Shown piece after piece: positions 47,536-58,256 of a stretch of 64,000 nt of DNA (positions are counted from its first letter, which is position 1; each line of letters starts with the position of its first letter). The DNA is from an uncultured Bacilli bacterium (lineage in GTDB: Bacteria > Bacillota_I > Bacilli_A > RF39 > UBA660). The notes beneath the pieces are model-generated. The model was not told the origin of the DNA and did not search any database. It saw nothing but the letters and a program-made list of their open reading frames with translations. Location of the stretch: NCBI GenBank assembly GCA_947632085.1, contig CANRNY010000005.1, forward strand, positions 12,873 through 76,872. The letters run 5' to 3'. Position numbers and translations under genes: made by a program.

Positions 47536-49851
47536 ATGGATGAAGATTTAGAAAAGACAAAACCTATTACGACACTGAAAGATCTAGAAGAAAATGAAGA
47601 GGGTAAAGATGAAGAAGTCCTTAGTCGAGTTGCAAAGAATCAAACTAAGGTTGAAGACGAATTAGATAAGGAAAAGGAAGAGGAAGCAGAAGAGGCATTA
47701 GCAGAAAAAAATATTGCAATGGCTGAAGCTTTAATAAATGAAGAAGAACAAGAAAAAGAAGATAAACAAGATGAGAAAGAAGAAAATTCTGAAGAACTTC
47801 CTTCAAAGAAAGAAAATATCTTTACTAAATTAAAAGAAAAATGGAATAAATTGGATAAAAAGAAAAAAATAATAGTCATTTGTGTGGCAGTACTTTTACT
47901 TGCTTTAATTATTGGCGGAATTATTTTCCTAGTTATTATGCTAAATAAAGATAAACCAGGAGATACTGATCAAACTCCTGAACCAATAGTTGAAGAAGCA
48001 CCAGTATTAGCTGATAATTTCTATTATAAAGAAGGTAAATTATACTTCTTAGGTGAAAATGGAGAAGAAGTAGGAACTTATGAATGTGAAAATAAATCAT
48101 CTTCATTATGTTATGTTGGTTTTAATAAAGCAAATGATACATTTGATGTTCCTGTGTTATTAGACGAAGAAAATAAGACAAAAGATCAAAGATATCCAAT
48201 CGTAAATGATAGTTATGCATACGTTGTTGATAATAAAGATGAAAATGCAACAACTGTTAAGTTATATTCTATTCAAGAACAAAAAGTATTAAATGAATAT
48301 AAAGATGTTAAAACTTATGATGGTAATTATGCAATTGTAGCAACTGATACAAAATATGGCTTAATAAAAGTTGAAGATGGAGTTACTGTTTTAATAGAAG
48401 AACAATATGATTACTTAGGAATGATTAATGGCGAAAATAACTTAATTGCTAAATATAATAAAGGTTATAAAGTTATTGATAAAAATAATCGTAGTTTAAG
48501 TAGTAATTTTAGTTCAAGTTATGAAATAAAAAATTATAATGATAACTTTGTAGTAGTAAAAGTATCTGGAGATTATGCAGTATATGATTATAAAGCTAAA
48601 TTAATTAAAAATGATTATAATTTTATTACAGTTAAAGATAATTATGTATTCTTAGTAAAAGAAGATAAGTTATATGTTATTGATAAAGATAAAAAGAAAT
48701 ATAATGAAGGCAATATAAGATTAAAAAATAAAAATTATGTTAAAAATTATATATATGATAGTGAAGGTCAATTACTTGATACTAAATTAAGTTTTGATAT
48801 TAATACAACTAATAAAAATGATATTCAAATTTATGTTTATGAAGATGGTAATACTGAACCAGAAGTAAAGACAATAAAAATTGTGGAATCATTAGTTAAT
48901 GAAAAGTATGATTATGTAAATTATTTTGATGGAACTTTATTCTTCTATGATGATACAGAGAAAGAAAATTTGATTGGTTCATATCCTTGTTCTAATTCTA
49001 ATGAGGTTAAGAGCGCTGATGATGAATATAGAACATGTTTCTTAGCTACTGATACATCATATGAAGATAATGATATGATTCAAGTTGGTGATATTAATAG
49101 AAGAAGTCGTGTACCAATTATTAATAAAAAATTTGTCTTTGTAGCTGATGGTACTAATAATATAATATTATATGATTTAAAAGCTAAAAGAGCATTAGTA
49201 GATAATGGTTATACAACTATTAATTCTTATACAGCAAGTAATGATAATAAAGTAACTTTATATAATGGTAAGATAGATATAATTGCTTTAGGTAAAAAAG
49301 GCAAATACGGAATGTTAACTATTGATGGGGAAAATGTTAGTACGAAGTATAGCTTTAATTACAATAAAATGGAAAAAATAGGTGATTATGTTCTAGTTTT
49401 AGATACAACTAATAAATGGAAAATACTATTTAGTAGTTCTTATGAATCATATGGATTTGATAGTAAGATTAGAGGTTATTATAGAGGAAATAATACATTA
49501 ATATATTATAAAGTTAAAAATGGCGATAAATATGCTGTTTATGATATTAATGGAACACAGGTAGTTAGTGAATTATTTAAATATGTTGAATTATATGGTA
49601 CTTATTTTGCAGGTATTAATAGTAATTCAGAATTAAATATTTATGATTATCAAGGTAATAAGATAAGTAGAGAAGGAATTAAAATAGGTGATTATTCTTA
49701 CTATAATACTTTAACACCAGCATTTAAGGTTAATAAAGTTGGTGATAATTATGTAGTATCAGTATATGATGGAACTACTTATACAGATAAAGTGGTTGAA
49801 AAAGATATAGCATTTGTGGAAGATACTCAACCATCACCAGAAGAGGAATAG
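47536..49851 (+). CDS. bitopic membrane protein with acidic cytoplasmic tail and beta-rich (WG-repeat/propeller-like) extracellular domain
   Basis: Acidic N-terminus, one TM, KYGL/KYGM/Y.Y repeats. Confidence 0.7.
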   Translation: MDEDLEKTKPITTLKDLEENEEGKDEEVLSRVAKNQTKVEDELDKEKEEEAEEALAEKNIAMAEALINEEEQEKEDKQDEKEENSEELPSKKENIFTKLKEKWNKLDKKKKIIVICVAVLLLALIIGGIIFLVIMLNKDKPGDTDQTPEPIVEEAPVLADNFYYKEGKLYFLGENGEEVGTYECENKSSSLCYVGFNKANDTFDVPVLLDEENKTKDQRYPIVNDSYAYVVDNKDENATTVKLYSIQEQKVLNEYKDVKTYDGNYAIVATDTKYGLIKVEDGVTVLIEEQYDYLGMINGENNLIAKYNKGYKVIDKNNRSLSSNFSSSYEIKNYNDNFVVVKVSGDYAVYDYKAKLIKNDYNFITVKDNYVFLVKEDKLYVIDKDKKKYNEGNIRLKNKNYVKNYIYDSEGQLLDTKLSFDINTTNKNDIQIYVYEDGNTEPEVKTIKIVESLVNEKYDYVNYFDGTLFFYDDTEKENLIGSYPCSNSNEVKSADDEYRTCFLATDTSYEDNDMIQVGDINRRSRVPIINKKFVFVADGTNNIILYDLKAKRALVDNGYTTINSYTASNDNKVTLYNGKIDIIALGKKGKYGMLTIDGENVSTKYSFNYNKMEKIGDYVLVLDTTNKWKILFSSSYESYGFDSKIRGYYRGNNTLIYYKVKNGDKYAVYDINGTQVVSELFKYVELYGTYFAGINSNSELNIYDYQGNKISREGIKIGDYSYYNTLTPAFKVNKVGDNYVVSVYDGTTYTDKVVEKDIAFVEDTQPSPEEE

Positions 49852-49962
49852 TAAAGCATAAGTAAAAAAGGAACAATATTGTTCCTTTTTTTAAGAGACT
49901 AATGTATAATGTATGGTATAAGATAAGTTAGGATAGAGGTTATATAACCAAGTAGTGATAGT

Positions 49963-51399
49963 ATGGTAAAAAAAAGTAAGAAAAAGAAATTATTAAATAA
50001 TAAGTTAGTACTAACATATTTTATAGTCTTTCTATTAGTAGACTTATTAATTATTATCGCCTTGTTATATAACAGTAATGATAAAAACATTAAGTATCCA
50101 ATCGTGTTTAATACTAAAGATTCTATGTTGTATTTAGGAACAGAGAAAAGTAATAAAAAGGGAAGCATAGAATTAACTAAAAAGACAAATGGCCAAAAAA
50201 TATTATATTCTAATAATTCAGGAAGATATGTTTTATATAAAGATGATATATCTTTAAAGATGTATGATTTAAGAACTAATAAAAAAGTAGATTTATTATC
50301 AAAAGTTAATTATTATGATTTTACTTTAGATGATAAAAATATTATAATGACTGATCTTAAAAAGAACTTATATTATTTTAGTTTAAAGAAGAAAAAAGGT
50401 TATTTAATTGATGATAGTGTTGATATGGTATATACACATAGTAATGATTATGTATTATATATGAAAGATAATTCACTATATGTAGCAAGATTAAATAATA
50501 AAAAGACAGAAATAAATAAGATAACAGATAATTATGTAACTAATTTTAAATTTAATCAAAAGGGAGATAAAGTTTATTTCTTAAATAATGATGAACAATT
50601 TATTGAGTATGTAATAAAGGATAAGAAGTTAAATGTAATAGATGAAAAGGTTAGAGCTTTCTATTGTAAAAATAATTGTGATAACTATTATTACATAACA
50701 ACAAAGGATAATAATACATTAAAGTATTATAAAGATGAAAAGAGTAAGGTAATAGATAATAAGGTTAAAGAAGTAAATTATTCGAATGATATAGAAGATC
50801 AAGTTGTTTATACTAAAGAAAATGATACAAATTATGAAATGTATTATAAAGAAAAAAAGAATGATATTGTTAAAATAGATAATTTAAATGATATTAGAGA
50901 TATTCAAGTATATAAAAATAATTATATTTATTATATAAATGATGCTAATGAACTTAAATATACTGTAGTTAATAAAGGTCAACTTAAAGATAATAAAGTA
51001 TTAGCAAATAATGTTAGTGGCTACTTATATTTATATAAAAATGGATGTTTTTATGTAGCAGATGTTAATGAAGAACAAATTGGGACTTTATATGTAGTTA
51101 ATAAAGATAAAGTAAAAGAAGTAGATAAGGAAGTTAGTAATAATTTGTTGTTTATTAATAAAGATAATAATAAAGTTTACTATTATAAAAATTATGGTAG
51201 TGTTGGAGACTTATATGTTAGTAATGGGAAAAAGAATAAGTTGATAGATAGTAATATATATGATTTCCAATATATTAATGATAAGTTTATTTATTATTTA
51301 AAAGATTATAATATTTCTTCAGGATATGGAACTTTATATTTATATAAGAATAAAGCAATTAAGATAGCTAGCGATGTTGTAAGTATTGTAAAAAGATAG
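49963..51399 (+). CDS. membrane-anchored beta-propeller-like repeat protein
   Basis: One TM; repeated LY.......ID..V..F.......YY units. Confidence 0.7.
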   Translation: MVKKSKKKKLLNNKLVLTYFIVFLLVDLLIIIALLYNSNDKNIKYPIVFNTKDSMLYLGTEKSNKKGSIELTKKTNGQKILYSNNSGRYVLYKDDISLKMYDLRTNKKVDLLSKVNYYDFTLDDKNIIMTDLKKNLYYFSLKKKKGYLIDDSVDMVYTHSNDYVLYMKDNSLYVARLNNKKTEINKITDNYVTNFKFNQKGDKVYFLNNDEQFIEYVIKDKKLNVIDEKVRAFYCKNNCDNYYYITTKDNNTLKYYKDEKSKVIDNKVKEVNYSNDIEDQVVYTKENDTNYEMYYKEKKNDIVKIDNLNDIRDIQVYKNNYIYYINDANELKYTVVNKGQLKDNKVLANNVSGYLYLYKNGCFYVADVNEEQIGTLYVVNKDKVKEVDKEVSNNLLFINKDNNKVYYYKNYGSVGDLYVSNGKKNKLIDSNIYDFQYINDKFIYYLKDYNISSGYGTLYLYKNKAIKIASDVVSIVKR

Positions 51400-51422
51400 T
51401 TGTAAGTGTGGTGTATTAGTAA

Positions 51423-54400
51423 ATGAAAAATGAAAAGATTAAAATTAAATTTGATTTAAGGAAAGTAATAATATTATCTGTATTATTTGCAGTTATTCCT
51501 TTATTAGCTGCGGTTATATTATCTACATCTTATTCAGTATCTCCTTCTGATTATGAAGCTAAAAGTAATGGGTTAGGAACATTAACTCTAACGTGGCTTG
51601 AAGGAACTGAAGCTTATGCAGGTAAAGTTGATGATAATGGAGTTCTGCAAATTAATCCAACAGCTAATAATGTTTATAATGAGAAAAGTAATACTGGTGG
51701 TGGAGCACGTGTTTCATATCAGTTAGCATTTAATATGGGTGGTAGTGAAACAGCACAACCAGGAGAAATTACAATAAAAATTCCTAAATATGTATTTTTT
51801 GATCGTGAAAATCAACCAATAGAAGATCAAATAATAGATATTCCATTAGTAATGGCACCAGAAGCAAAAGGAACTGGTTTTAACTATAAATTTGAGACAG
51901 ATGAAGATGGTAATGAGTTTATTGTTTTACAAAATTATGAAAAAATTCCACCTTCATATATGTTTGAGGCTTCATTAACTTGGATATTACTAAAACCATC
52001 TACAGTTAAGAACCATTATACTAATGAAATAACTGGTACTGTTGATGTTGATTTTAATAGTGATGGTATTATAGATAGTTCTTCAACTTCTAATGCAATA
52101 AAATTGGAATTTAATTCACATGTTGAAGTAAGAAGTGTTTCAAAAAATTATACAACACATATTGATCCAGATGCTGGGGGAAACACGAATGTATATTATG
52201 AATGGCAAGATAAATGGGTAGATGAATTAAAACCAGATGAAGCGGATAAATATGTTTATGCTGTTTCTTATTCAGAGGTTTATGTATATTATGCAACAGA
52301 ACCATATACACTTACGGTTAAAGATGAAGTAACTGATGAATTAGGTGGAGAAGTAATAGGTTATTGTAAATATAGTAGTCGTAATAATGAAACAACAATG
52401 GGATATGGTGAAAGTGCTAGTAGTTGTTTTTCTAAAAATAATAATGGTTCTACTTCTAATAGTGCCAGTGCTAGTCGTAAGCCTTCTAAAGAACCAATTG
52501 CTATACCAATCGATTCACCTAGTTCTTCTAATGATGATTTCTATTATTATTATTTCTTAGTTAAGTATCCAAAAGATGTAATGACGGATGGATCTCCTCA
52601 CGAAATGAAAAATACGGTTACAGCAACGGCTTTAGGAGTAGATGGTGATGAAAGCTCTAAAACAGCTAATTTAACGAAGTCATATACATATTCTTTTATT
52701 GATCCACAAGAAAAGGTCGATGAACCTGGTTTTCTTCCAACTAGACATATAACTAATTATAAATCTGGTAATCGTACGGTTGATGGTGGAATCAATATGT
52801 TAGAGTCTAATAATGATGGATATACGATTGATATGGGATATACTGAATATTCTAGTAGTCGTTATAATTATTCTTTTGGAGGTAGTATTCAAGATTATCG
52901 ATTGACTATAAAGGATGAGGCTAGTGATGATAGTATAGATCCAGATGATTATGGTAAAAGAGAATGGACTGCTGGGGTAGTAGATGATATAGTATTATTT
53001 GGTAATTCAGATATTGGATATAAGAAAATAGGATATAAAGATTATGAAATGACAGTTTTAACAGTTTCTTCTTATACAGTATATGATTATGTATATACGG
53101 AAACAAAATCTTATAATCCTTCAAATAAGGTGACTACTATAACAAAAGGTTATCAATATCAAGCAGTTGATGACTATTCTTTAATACCTGAAATAGAACT
53201 TTATTATAAAGTAAATGGTGATGAGTGGTTATCTTTAGGAAAGATTAAATTTACTGATTCTTCTCATTATACTTATACTGATTCTTTAGGAAATACTATT
53301 AATGCGACGACTTCTAGTTCCGAAAGGCCAAAAATACCTCTTCCAGAGGGAACAACAGCTGTAAAAGGTGAAGTTAATTCACATTATGGAAGAATTAGTT
53401 TAACATTTAGATCAGAAATGAAGATAATTAATTCGGAATTATTACGTTCAATAATTAAAGATCAAGATAATGCTAGAGCTTATAATATTAGTACAGCTTT
53501 TTCTAGAGATGATAAAGGTACTTACTATGGAACTTTTCAGAGTAATGAATATAATTCTTCTAGTTATGATGCTTTAGAAAATACTTATAAAGACTTAGTT
53601 GATAAAATGGATATGGAAGTATATGGTAAAGTAATGGGTCATGGATATGATAAAGATACCTATACAAGAATAAAAGGTGGAGCTACTCATCAAAATAAAT
53701 GGGTAACTTATACTAATGATGTTGCTAATCGTCGAATAAGAGCTAATTATACGGCTTATGCAGTTGAATATTTAACTTATGATAATACTATTTTGGATAG
53801 TGAAACTGTATTAAAATATAATTTAATAAATGAACAAAGAGTTGGAACGTTCTATGATTTATTACCAATAGGTATGACTGTTGATGTAGATACAGTTAAA
53901 GTTCAAACGTTTAAAGATTCATCGTATACTTTATCATCGTCTTCTGATGAAGCTGGTGTTGGAACAGAGATCCCAGCAACTGTATCTTTTGTAGATAATT
54001 GGCAAAATTCTGGACGAATGATGATGATTGTAAGAGCAGTTGTTCCAGATGAATTAAATAATTATTATACAGTTAAAAGTTCAAGTTCATCAGGAAATAA
54101 TTCTAGTAGAGTATTCTCAGGTATGACACTAAGATTTGTTGGTAATTATAGTTGGGATTGTTTCTATGATTATGGAACAAGTTTAACTAATACGGTAGCT
54201 TATAAATCTGGTAATGGAAGATTATCTAGTGGATATCCAGATGATGCTACTTCGCAAACATCTTTAGCATTAAAAGATTATATGAGTGACTTAGACCAAG
54301 ATGGTAATCCAGTTGAAACAACAGTTAATGATACAGTTTATGCCCAAAGAACAATGACAGCAAGCTTTAATACAGCATCTGATGCAGCATTTAATAAAGG

Positions 54401-55985
54401 TGTTAAAACTGCTAATATGCAAGAATATGTTGATGGTAAAGATGGATCTGTTGTTGTAGCTGGTGGAGGTTATTATACTTATCGTTTAAGATATGCTTCA
54501 CAAAGAAATACATCAACTAAGGGATTAGTAATATATGATAATTTAGAAGTTTATGATGATGGTACACATGATAGATGGCAAGGTACATTAAGAAGTGTAG
54601 ATGTTTCACAAATAATAGCTAAAGGTATTGATGTTAAGGTTTATTATTCTACGAAGAAGAATATGAATTTATATGAAAATGGTAAAGCATCAGTAGATAA
54701 AGCGCATCCAAAAGATTCAATTTTAACGGATGAAAGTATTTGGTCATTAACGCCACCTGATGATATGAAAAATGTTACTGCAATAGCTATTGATTGTAGT
54801 AAAAAAACAGATGGTAGTGATTATGAGTTAAAGCCTGAAGAAAGTGTTGTTGCAATTTTAACTATGCAAGCTCCTGTAGAAAATGTTAAGGCCTTAGAAG
54901 CTAAAAATGCTAAAGCTTTAAATGCTGCATGGTGGAGTGGTATAACTCAACAATTAAGTGAACCTTCACATGATAACTTTACAGTCTTTGAATGGACAGA
55001 AGTTGGTATTGAAGATGTTGATGTAGATATTGATAAGGAATCACAAGTTCCATCTGGTACTAAAGAAAAACCGGCTGTAGTTAAAAATGGAGATTTATTA
55101 ACTTATGATATTATTGTTAAAAATAATGGTACTTGGGCGATAATTAATAATGTCTTAGTAAGAGATGTTCTACCTAAGGAAGTAAGAGCTAATTTAGAAG
55201 ATGTTGCTTATTATATTGAAGGTGAAGGAAGTTTTGAAAATAAGACATTAGTTAGTGATTCTGGATTAGTACAAATGACGGCGAATGGTCAAACTCTTGA
55301 TTTTAGAATTAGTCAGTTATTATCTGGAGAAGTAATTCATATTTTAATTCCAACAATTGTTCATGCAACTACGGCAGATGATATAGAAAATAAAGCTTCT
55401 ATTCTAGAATTTAATAATGAATCTTACGTATCTTATTCACCTACAACTCATCATAAAGTTAATTTAGGAAGTATTACTATTTTAAAGAAAGTATTTAATG
55501 GTGATAGAAGTAGAAAGTATAAATTTAAGATTACGTTAATTGATCCTTTACGTAATGAAGAAGATTATAAGATTGATGAAGATGTTTTAGAAGACGAAGG
55601 GGAAAATCAAGATGGTTCTTCAGAAGAAGTTGATGAAGAGAAAGAAGTTAATTTTGATCCATTAAATACAGTATATAGTGATATAACATTCACTGATGGT
55701 ATTGGATATGTATATTTAGGTGATGGTGAGTCAAAGACTATTGAAGGTATTCCAGATGGATTACAGTATAAAGTAGAAGAGGAAGATATTGAAGGATGGA
55801 CTGTTAAGAGTAAAAATGAAAGTGGTACAATAGTATCTTCTAAGGATATTAAAGTTGAATTTGATAATATTTATATTTTAAATCCTAATACTGGTGATTT
55901 AATTATCTTTGTTGTAATTGCTTTAATGGTTAGTGTTATTACAATCTTTATTCTAAAGAAGATTAAATTTAAAAAGTATGTATAA
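51423..55985 (+). CDS. large surface adhesin with fimbrial/isopeptide (CnaA/CnaB, DUF11-like) domains and NPNTG sorting signal
   Basis: Signal peptide; FYDLLP, YTYRL, LTYDIIVKN..DVLP; CnaB repeat like those of 15383-22858; NPNTGD + TM + KKIKFKK. Confidence 0.85.
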   Translation: MKNEKIKIKFDLRKVIILSVLFAVIPLLAAVILSTSYSVSPSDYEAKSNGLGTLTLTWLEGTEAYAGKVDDNGVLQINPTANNVYNEKSNTGGGARVSYQLAFNMGGSETAQPGEITIKIPKYVFFDRENQPIEDQIIDIPLVMAPEAKGTGFNYKFETDEDGNEFIVLQNYEKIPPSYMFEASLTWILLKPSTVKNHYTNEITGTVDVDFNSDGIIDSSSTSNAIKLEFNSHVEVRSVSKNYTTHIDPDAGGNTNVYYEWQDKWVDELKPDEADKYVYAVSYSEVYVYYATEPYTLTVKDEVTDELGGEVIGYCKYSSRNNETTMGYGESASSCFSKNNNGSTSNSASASRKPSKEPIAIPIDSPSSSNDDFYYYYFLVKYPKDVMTDGSPHEMKNTVTATALGVDGDESSKTANLTKSYTYSFIDPQEKVDEPGFLPTRHITNYKSGNRTVDGGINMLESNNDGYTIDMGYTEYSSSRYNYSFGGSIQDYRLTIKDEASDDSIDPDDYGKREWTAGVVDDIVLFGNSDIGYKKIGYKDYEMTVLTVSSYTVYDYVYTETKSYNPSNKVTTITKGYQYQAVDDYSLIPEIELYYKVNGDEWLSLGKIKFTDSSHYTYTDSLGNTINATTSSSERPKIPLPEGTTAVKGEVNSHYGRISLTFRSEMKIINSELLRSIIKDQDNARAYNISTAFSRDDKGTYYGTFQSNEYNSSSYDALENTYKDLVDKMDMEVYGKVMGHGYDKDTYTRIKGGATHQNKWVTYTNDVANRRIRANYTAYAVEYLTYDNTILDSETVLKYNLINEQRVGTFYDLLPIGMTVDVDTVKVQTFKDSSYTLSSSSDEAGVGTEIPATVSFVDNWQNSGRMMMIVRAVVPDELNNYYTVKSSSSSGNNSSRVFSGMTLRFVGNYSWDCFYDYGTSLTNTVAYKSGNGRLSSGYPDDATSQTSLALKDYMSDLDQDGNPVETTVNDTVYAQRTMTASFNTASDAAFNKGVKTANMQEYVDGKDGSVVVAGGGYYTYRLRYASQRNTSTKGLVIYDNLEVYDDGTHDRWQGTLRSVDVSQIIAKGIDVKVYYSTKKNMNLYENGKASVDKAHPKDSILTDESIWSLTPPDDMKNVTAIAIDCSKKTDGSDYELKPEESVVAILTMQAPVENVKALEAKNAKALNAAWWSGITQQLSEPSHDNFTVFEWTEVGIEDVDVDIDKESQVPSGTKEKPAVVKNGDLLTYDIIVKNNGTWAIINNVLVRDVLPKEVRANLEDVAYYIEGEGSFENKTLVSDSGLVQMTANGQTLDFRISQLLSGEVIHILIPTIVHATTADDIENKASILEFNNESYVSYSPTTHHKVNLGSITILKKVFNGDRSRKYKFKITLIDPLRNEEDYKIDEDVLEDEGENQDGSSEEVDEEKEVNFDPLNTVYSDITFTDGIGYVYLGDGESKTIEGIPDGLQYKVEEEDIEGWTVKSKNESGTIVSSKDIKVEFDNIYILNPNTGDLIIFVVIALMVSVITIFILKKIKFKKYV

Positions 55986-56025
55986 TAAATAAAAAAAGTT
56001 GATTCGTAAAGGAATCAACTTTTTT

Positions 56026-57024
56026 CTATTTTTCAATATAATAGGCATAATATTCATCAAAGGTTATCTTTTCATTATATATTTGCGTAGCAACATCTTT
56101 ACCAACATATCTAAAATGCCAACTTTCTGTATTATAACCAGTTATGTAGTCTTTATTTTCAGGATATCTTAGAATAAAACCATATTTATGAGCATTATTT
56201 TTTAACCATTCATATTCGGCAGATTCAGTAAAAGCTTTTTGACCAGGATGTTCTAGAGAAGTTATGTCTAATGATAAACCGGTTTGATGTTCTGAATAAC
56301 CAGGACGAGCAGCATATTGATCAGCATATTTTAAACTAACATTTTTATAATCGTTATATATAAGTTCTTGGTCTTCATATGGACGATATGATGAATTAAC
56401 CATTAAATGAATATTTAATTCGTTTAAAACGGCATCATGCATTTGTTCAAAGTTTTCAATAACGATGGAAGCAGCTTTATTATCAGCATAAGCATAAGCT
56501 AGATTTATATCTTCTAAATCAGTACGTTTATAGTTTTTATTTAGATGATGAAATTTATTTACTAAGACTAAGTAACCATCTTCAGTTTTACTATTTAAGT
56601 CTAGTTCGTACCAACCTTTATCAGCATGAACATTTACGATAGCAATAGTATCTTCATATGAAGTTTTAGCATGAGATATTTTATAAGTTACATAATCTTC
56701 AAAGTTTTTAGCCATAAAATATTTTTGATTGATAATATTGGGATATAGTTCATTATACTTTTCTTCTTTTAAGATTTCTTCGAGACGTTCGGGTTTTAGA
56801 ATACTAATTAATTTAGTTGTATCTTCTAAGGAATAACCGATACTAGTCAGTTTATATTCATAGGTATCACGATAGTTTATTTCTTTTATGGCGTTAGTAA
56901 TACCGTTATAGCCATAGATTGTTAGACTTACAAAGAAAAGGGCATAGATTAGGAATCTAACAACACTAGATTTTAAACGATATTTAGGCCTTTTTGATGA
57001 TTTCATATTTTCACATCTTTTCAT
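56026..57024 (-). CDS. M15B D-Ala-D-Ala carboxypeptidase (VanY/LdcB-like)
   Basis: SSYRPYEDQ, ARPGYSEHQTGLSLD, ESWHFRYVG; N-terminal TM. Confidence 0.93.
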   Translation of the reverse strand: MKRCENMKSSKRPKYRLKSSVVRFLIYALFFVSLTIYGYNGITNAIKEINYRDTYEYKLTSIGYSLEDTTKLISILKPERLEEILKEEKYNELYPNIINQKYFMAKNFEDYVTYKISHAKTSYEDTIAIVNVHADKGWYELDLNSKTEDGYLVLVNKFHHLNKNYKRTDLEDINLAYAYADNKAASIVIENFEQMHDAVLNELNIHLMVNSSYRPYEDQELIYNDYKNVSLKYADQYAARPGYSEHQTGLSLDITSLEHPGQKAFTESAEYEWLKNNAHKYGFILRYPENKDYITGYNTESWHFRYVGKDVATQIYNEKITFDEYYAYYIEK

Positions 57025-57112
57025 ATTTTAATTATAACAAATTTTTTTCTTAATGAAATATTTTTTCATAATCCTTCTTAAAACTAATATAATTTATTAA
57101 GAAATATTTTTA

Positions 57113-57140
57113 TTAGCACTTTATCATTGACAAGTGCTAA
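57113..57140 (+). promoter_or_regulatory. CIRCE-like element 1, overlapping the -35 of the hrcA promoter
   Basis: TTAGCACTT-N10-AAGTGCTAA containing TTGACA (57127-32); TATAAT at 57150-55. Confidence 0.8.
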
Positions 57141-57159
57141 TTTTATCGCTATAATTATT

Positions 57160-57186
57160 TTAGCACTGATGAGATATGAGTGCTAA
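57160..57186 (+). promoter_or_regulatory. CIRCE element 2 (HrcA operator)
   Basis: TTAGCACTG-N9-GAGTGCTAA. Confidence 0.93.
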
Positions 57187-57199
57187 CGGTGGTGATATA

Positions 57200-58198
57200 A
57201 TGGATGAAAGACAAAAAGAACTATTAAAGGAAATAGTTGAGTCTTATATTAAGTTCGTTAAACCAGTGGGTAGTAAAGCGTTATGTAAGAAATTCAAATT
57301 ATCTTCCGCAACGATAAGAAATGAAATGGCAGCTTTAGAGAAATTAGGGTACTTGGAAAAAAACCATGTATCTAGTGGAAGAATTCCTTCAGAACGTGGA
57401 TACAAATACTATGTTGATTATTTAATGAAACCTAAAGAATTAAATGGGGAAGAAATGTTAAAATTACAAACTATTTTCCATAATCAACAATTACAAGTTA
57501 GTGATGCTATTGCACAATGTATGGAGATAATAGCTGATATTACTAATTATACGAGCGTTGTTTTAGGTAAGAATTCAAGTGATAATAATTTACAACAAGT
57601 AAATATTATTCCCCTTGATAATAATCAAGTAATCGCCTTGGTTTGTACTAACAAAGGAATAGTAGAAAATAAGAAATTTACAATTCCGCAAAATATTTTT
57701 ATGGAAGAATTAGTTAAGACGTGTGAAATTATTAACAAGATGTTAATAGGGACACCAATTAATGAAGTAAGTCAAAGATTGGAATTCGAAGTAAAACCAG
57801 TTATAAGTAAAACGATTAAACAATATGAAGCAGTATATGAAATATTCTATGATGCTTTTAATGACTTTACGAAAAATAGTACTAATGTCTTCTTTAGTGG
57901 AAAAACTAATATTTTAAAACAACCAGAGTATGATGATATTAATGAAATTAAGCGAATTGTTAATAAGTTTGAAGATGAATCCTTAGTTAGAAAAATCGAA
58001 GAGACGGGCGATGGAGTTAATGTGTATATTGGTGAACAAACTGAGTTTGATCCAAATGTCACGATAATTAAAAGTAAATATAATATTAATGGTGAAGAGG
58101 GAACAATTGCGATTGTTGGACCAAAGAGAATGGAGTATGACAAAGTAGTTGGGTTACTTGAATACATTAATAAAGAATTAAATGAGAAAGATAAATAG
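57200..58198 (+). CDS. hrcA: heat-inducible transcription repressor
   Basis: PVGSK, SSATIRNEM, SSGRIPS, GPKRMEY; start at MDERQ. Confidence 0.98.
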   Translation: MDERQKELLKEIVESYIKFVKPVGSKALCKKFKLSSATIRNEMAALEKLGYLEKNHVSSGRIPSERGYKYYVDYLMKPKELNGEEMLKLQTIFHNQQLQVSDAIAQCMEIIADITNYTSVVLGKNSSDNNLQQVNIIPLDNNQVIALVCTNKGIVENKKFTIPQNIFMEELVKTCEIINKMLIGTPINEVSQRLEFEVKPVISKTIKQYEAVYEIFYDAFNDFTKNSTNVFFSGKTNILKQPEYDDINEIKRIVNKFEDESLVRKIEETGDGVNVYIGEQTEFDPNVTIIKSKYNINGEEGTIAIVGPKRMEYDKVVGLLEYINKELNEKDK

Positions 58199-58256
58199 TT
58201 TATGTAAGTAATTTTAGACTTACTATAAATATTGTAAATAGAGAGTGAGATGACTT

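Noticed and set aside
41525-57024. VanZ and VanY as a glycopeptide-resistance cluster
   Set aside because: About 14 kb apart, with no vanHAX/vanRS; both families are common housekeeping envelope proteins
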